The translations under genes were made by a program, and so were the position numbers. DNA of 64,000 bases, taken from contig OZ038378.1 in assembly GCA_964036045.1 (NCBI GenBank), positions 176,080,001 through 176,144,000 of the forward strand. Reading direction: 5' to 3'. The notes beneath the pieces are model-generated. The model searched no databases and was not told the DNA's origin. It saw only the letters and a program-made list of their open reading frames with translations. The stretch comes from Eutreptiella sp. 'Long Island Sound 2002'. Its lineage: Eukaryota; Protista; Euglenida. How positions within the stretch are numbered: the stretch's first letter is position 1; every line of letters begins with the position of its first letter. Shown here in pieces: positions 60,673 to 64,000 of this stretch.

Positions 60673-61328
60673 TCTCGAGGGCGCCCTGGTCGTGTTGGTG
60701 CCACCTGGCGTGCCGTTCGGCGAGCGGTGCCGCTGCCGTGCGCCGGTGGGGCCCGTGTGGATGCCCCTTTGGTCCGGGCGCTCTATTGTGATTCTTGATG
60801 GCGAGGAAGGGCACCACCGGCTCCCCACCCCCACTGCTGAGCCTCCCATGCCCCCAGGGCTGCGCTCGAGGGGAGGGAGGCTGAATGGGAGGTGCAAAAT
60901 GGGTCGCTGGCGGTTGGAAACGCGTTTGGATGACAAGTTCTGGCGGTTAGAACACGGATGGAGCGCGCCCGGGGCAGATGGGAGAGGCTGGGGTTGAGCC
61001 CTCCTTCAACCATGACGGGGAGGGGTGTACTCGCCCCCCAACCTTCCACCCACAAGCCCACCCGCCTGCAGCAGTGCTCTGGGCTTTCATAGATTCGCAC
61101 AATGTCGCCCTCGGGGCTGTGGCTGCAGAGGCATGGAGCGGCTGTGGTGTGGTGGAGATGAGGTCACGCGCGGAAGCATGTCTGTGTGGCTGCTCCGCGG
61201 GGGAATGCGAATCCAACAGGGCTGGGTGTGTGTGCGTGAGGAGGCATCTGTGGCCGCACAATGTGTGTGTGTGTGTGGGTGTGCCCCAATGATGGTGCAT
61301 TTAATTGGCACTTCGGCAGTCTGGTTCC

Positions 61329-61857
61329 CCGGTCGTTTGCTTGCACTTTCTGGTACTTTCGAAGTTCTCTTCCCCCTCAATGACTGTGACTGGTCGGAAC
61401 CAATGTCACCGTCGGGGCTGTGGCTACAGATGCGTGGAGCGGCTGTGGTGGAGGTGGGGTCACATGCGGAAGCATGTCTGTATGGCTGCTCCGCGGGGCG
61501 AATCCCACAGGAGGGGCTGCGTGTGCGTGCGTAAGGAAACATCTGTGGCATGTTCGACGCCAATAGGCGCCTTTCTGCAGTGCAGGCGCAAGAGCAATGA
61601 AGGGGACATCCTGACGCACCGTGACCTCCACGAAGTCAAGGGTAGCCCCTGGCAGCATCGCCGGACCAGAGGCCTGCACAGGAAACAGCAAAATTGAAAA
61701 TCAGCCTGCGGCCCGGATAAGATGGGACAATCAGGCCCCTCCCTCCCTCCAGCCCCCTCCCGCTTCAGCCCCACCGAGGTTTGTGGTTCCGACCAGTCAC
61801 AGTCATTGAGGGGGAAAAGAAATCTGAAAGTACCTGAAAGTCCAAGCAAACGGCCGG
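61329..61857. repeat. Inverted repeat, ~73-bp arms (perfect 31-bp core at 61372-61402 / 61784-61814), overlapping a direct duplication (~61112-61255 / ~61414-61550)
   Basis: Read directly from the sequence. Confidence 0.85.
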
Positions 61858-62224
61858 TTTGTTCTGTTTGACGGTCCAACTGACGAGGATTCTGACACTC
61901 GGAAACCGCGTTGTGTCCGTTTGTCTTGCAATCATGCGGAAGTAGGCGACCCGTGTCGAAGGCCGCCTCTGAAGGGCTTTTCCGGGGCGGTTTGCCCTCC
62001 CCACCCCCTCTGATCAAGCCACCCAGACCTGAGCACCCCCCTTCACCCCCGCCGCCACCAGCACCATGACTCCTTCGGGCCCAAGACAGTGCCGCAATCG
62101 TCAAGACCTTCAGCCTACACTGTGGAGTGCCGTGTCACGGAGTAACGCCTAGTCCCCTCCCCTCCCTCTGGGCTCTGGGAGAACAATAAGGGACCCTCCT
62201 GAGCCCCCTTTGCCCTTCCCCAAG

Positions 62225-62461
62225 GACACGAAGCCGCTGTGGAAGGGGCACCTGCGAGAGGACGTGACGGAGTTGCGCAAGCGCCTTGCGACCTGTTGGG
62301 AGCCGAGGTACCGGGCCATGGCCACACCGCCCGCCGCGGCCGACAGCAAAGACCCGGCAGAGGGCCCAGGTAGCGCGGTCGCGCGCACTGAGTCGAGCTA
62401 CGAGCCACACGCGCTGCACCTTTACTGTCCAGGGACCGTCGTGCACGTCTATTATGTGCAG
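62225..62461 (+). CDS. FYVE + lipase gene, exon 6; the gene continues beyond the window
   Basis: ccaag|GAC acceptor; ends LYCPGTVVHVYYVQ|GT, resembling the PG.i.h motif of class-3 lipases. No stop codon or catalytic His yet. Confidence 0.72.
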
Positions 62462-62717
62462 GTATGGAATCGGAGGGCCCCGCTTTGTAGTATTGGAGGC
62501 ATTGTGGTGTGGCGTGGTGTGCCGAAGGCGCTGTTACCAAATGGCAAAAGGCCGTAAAATTCTCCATTTTTCAACCGAAAAAAACCGTTTTTGGATGCCA
62601 CATGATGACGTCATCAAGGCTCCCAAAGAACAAGGAGTGACATCAATAGGAGGTTGAAGCCTACAAGAGGCAGCTTGCATTGTTGCCTCAAAGGGGCAAT
62701 GTCCCCCTTTTTCCGTC

Positions 62718-62959
62718 GGAGCTTACCCATGTCACGGCACGTGCCGCGGCACACTTTCCGATGGTCCCCCCCCCCCCCCCCTGCGTGTCATGGTGGCACG
62801 GCCGGCACGGCCGGCACAGGTGACACAAGTGCCGATCACCCTCACACAACACGACATAGCGGCGGCCCCGTGTGACATGACACACCCTATGTGGCGGCAC
62901 CGTGGCACGGCACGGTCGGAGCCCCCCCCCCCCCCCCCCGCCGTGGCTGGGTAAGCTCC
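62718..62959. mobile_element. 242-bp MITE (Tourist/Harbinger-like)
   Basis: 12-bp TIR GGAGCTTACCCA / TGGGTAAGCTCC with TSD GTC (equivalently 11-bp TIR with TSD CGTCG). Confidence 0.75.
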
Positions 62960-63085
62960 GTCGTATCAAATTCCACCAAATCCAGCTTGGCCTGGAACGT
63001 GGTACCACAGAACTTTGCCAGGGCGCTGCCGAATGGGCCTCTAAGGACCAGTCTTTTTTTCAAATTTTGAAGCGGTAGCTTCAGA

Positions 63086-64000
63086 GGGGGGGGGGGGGGT
63101 GAGGGCCGGCTTCACACCTGGAGAAATTGTTGGGATGTCTACCCAAGGGCAAAGGTAAACGGGCTTGGCTGTGTGTGTTGTGTGCGCGCTGTGCGTGGGT
63201 ATGTGGTTCCTGGGCGGAGAGTGGGGGAGGCTGGGAAAACCTGGCGGGCACCGCCGTGACAGCCATCGTCATCCCAGGAGCTCTCGCTGCACCCCATCTC
63301 TTTCCGCTTGTTGGTGCAGGCGCAGCTCCTGTAACGCCCACGCCATCGTGCTGCCCAGGCCTGAGCGGGCCTTTAGCAATGTGTCGCGCGCCTTCGCGTG
63401 AGCGTACCAGACCCTGATGGACTCCTCCACAACGTGGCGGATAAACTCGGTGCCCAGCGCATTGGGCCCCGCGCACTCCAGGTGGGCCCGCTGCATTGAG
63501 GGGGTCCGCAGGGCTGCCGCCCGCTGCTCTAGGGCCGCCGGTTCCCATAGCTGGTGGCGCAGTGGGGCCGCCCGCCTGCCCAGCTTCCGGTCGAGCCACT
63601 CCGCGAGCCGTTGGCGGGCCGGCCCCCACTCATGGGCCTGGGCCGAGCAGGCCCACAGGTGAGGCGCCGTTTCCGGCTGCGCCCGACAGAGGAGGCAGGT
63701 TGTGTCCAGCACCGTGTTGCGGTGGGAGGACCGGCGGGCTAGGACAGTCATCGTAGGGATGTTGTCCATACGGTGCGCCGTGATGTGGCGCTGCTGGTCC
63801 TTGTCGAACCAGTCCAGGGGGAGCCCTCCGCCCAGCATATAGTTCACCCCCCATCGGGCCTCATAGCCGGCCTGTGCCGGGATCGCGGCCTGATCCTGTA
63901 ACCAGTCGCTCAGCGCCGTTGGGGAGAGCTGACACTGGTCACGGTAGGGTACCGGGGGGAGGAAAGAGTACGGGCGCCTGAGGAGCCATGTCAGGTCCAC
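63086..64000 (-). mobile_element. 3' end of a non-LTR retrotransposon (ORF2 C-terminus, stop at 63269), intronic and antisense to the lipase gene
   Basis: ORF open to the window edge with a zf-RVT-like CCHC motif CLLCRAQPETAPHLWAC, ~170-nt 3' UTR, then a C14 tract. Confidence 0.8.

Noticed and set aside
58831-60997. 428-aa and 506-aa ORFs
   Set aside because: Only 59278-59547 carries lipase motifs and is bounded by splice sites; the rest is intron read-through.

Overview
Repeat-rich, intron-rich eukaryotic (protist-like) DNA. I found no CRISPR array, rRNA or convincing tRNA, and most ORFs in the track are by-products of repeats. Two multi-exon host genes lie on the + strand: a TPR + SAM-methyltransferase (COG4976-like, 3 exons, 24799-37652) and a FYVE-finger + class-3 lipase (6 exons from 50824, running out of the window). 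A probable last exon of a cNMP-binding-like gene sits at 8501-8755. All 7 complete introns I could reconstruct are phase-0 GT-AG with AG|G at both junctions. The main accessory structure is a nested element. A PIF/Harbinger-like shell (39467-46991, 3-bp TSD CTT) is interrupted by a 6.7-kb foldback/Mutator-like element (39563-46309, 9-bp TSD AACATTATA). That element carries 44 copies of an 85-bp repeat and an intact 607-aa ORF with Ulp1/C48-protease-like motifs and a Zn finger, but no transposase. The rest includes a second Harbinger-like copy, a Dam-like methyltransferase fragment, a 315-bp palindrome beside telomere-like hexamers, several foldbacks, a MITE, mini/microsatellites and a LINE 3' end. 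All family assignments are by-eye motif recognition; no searches were run.
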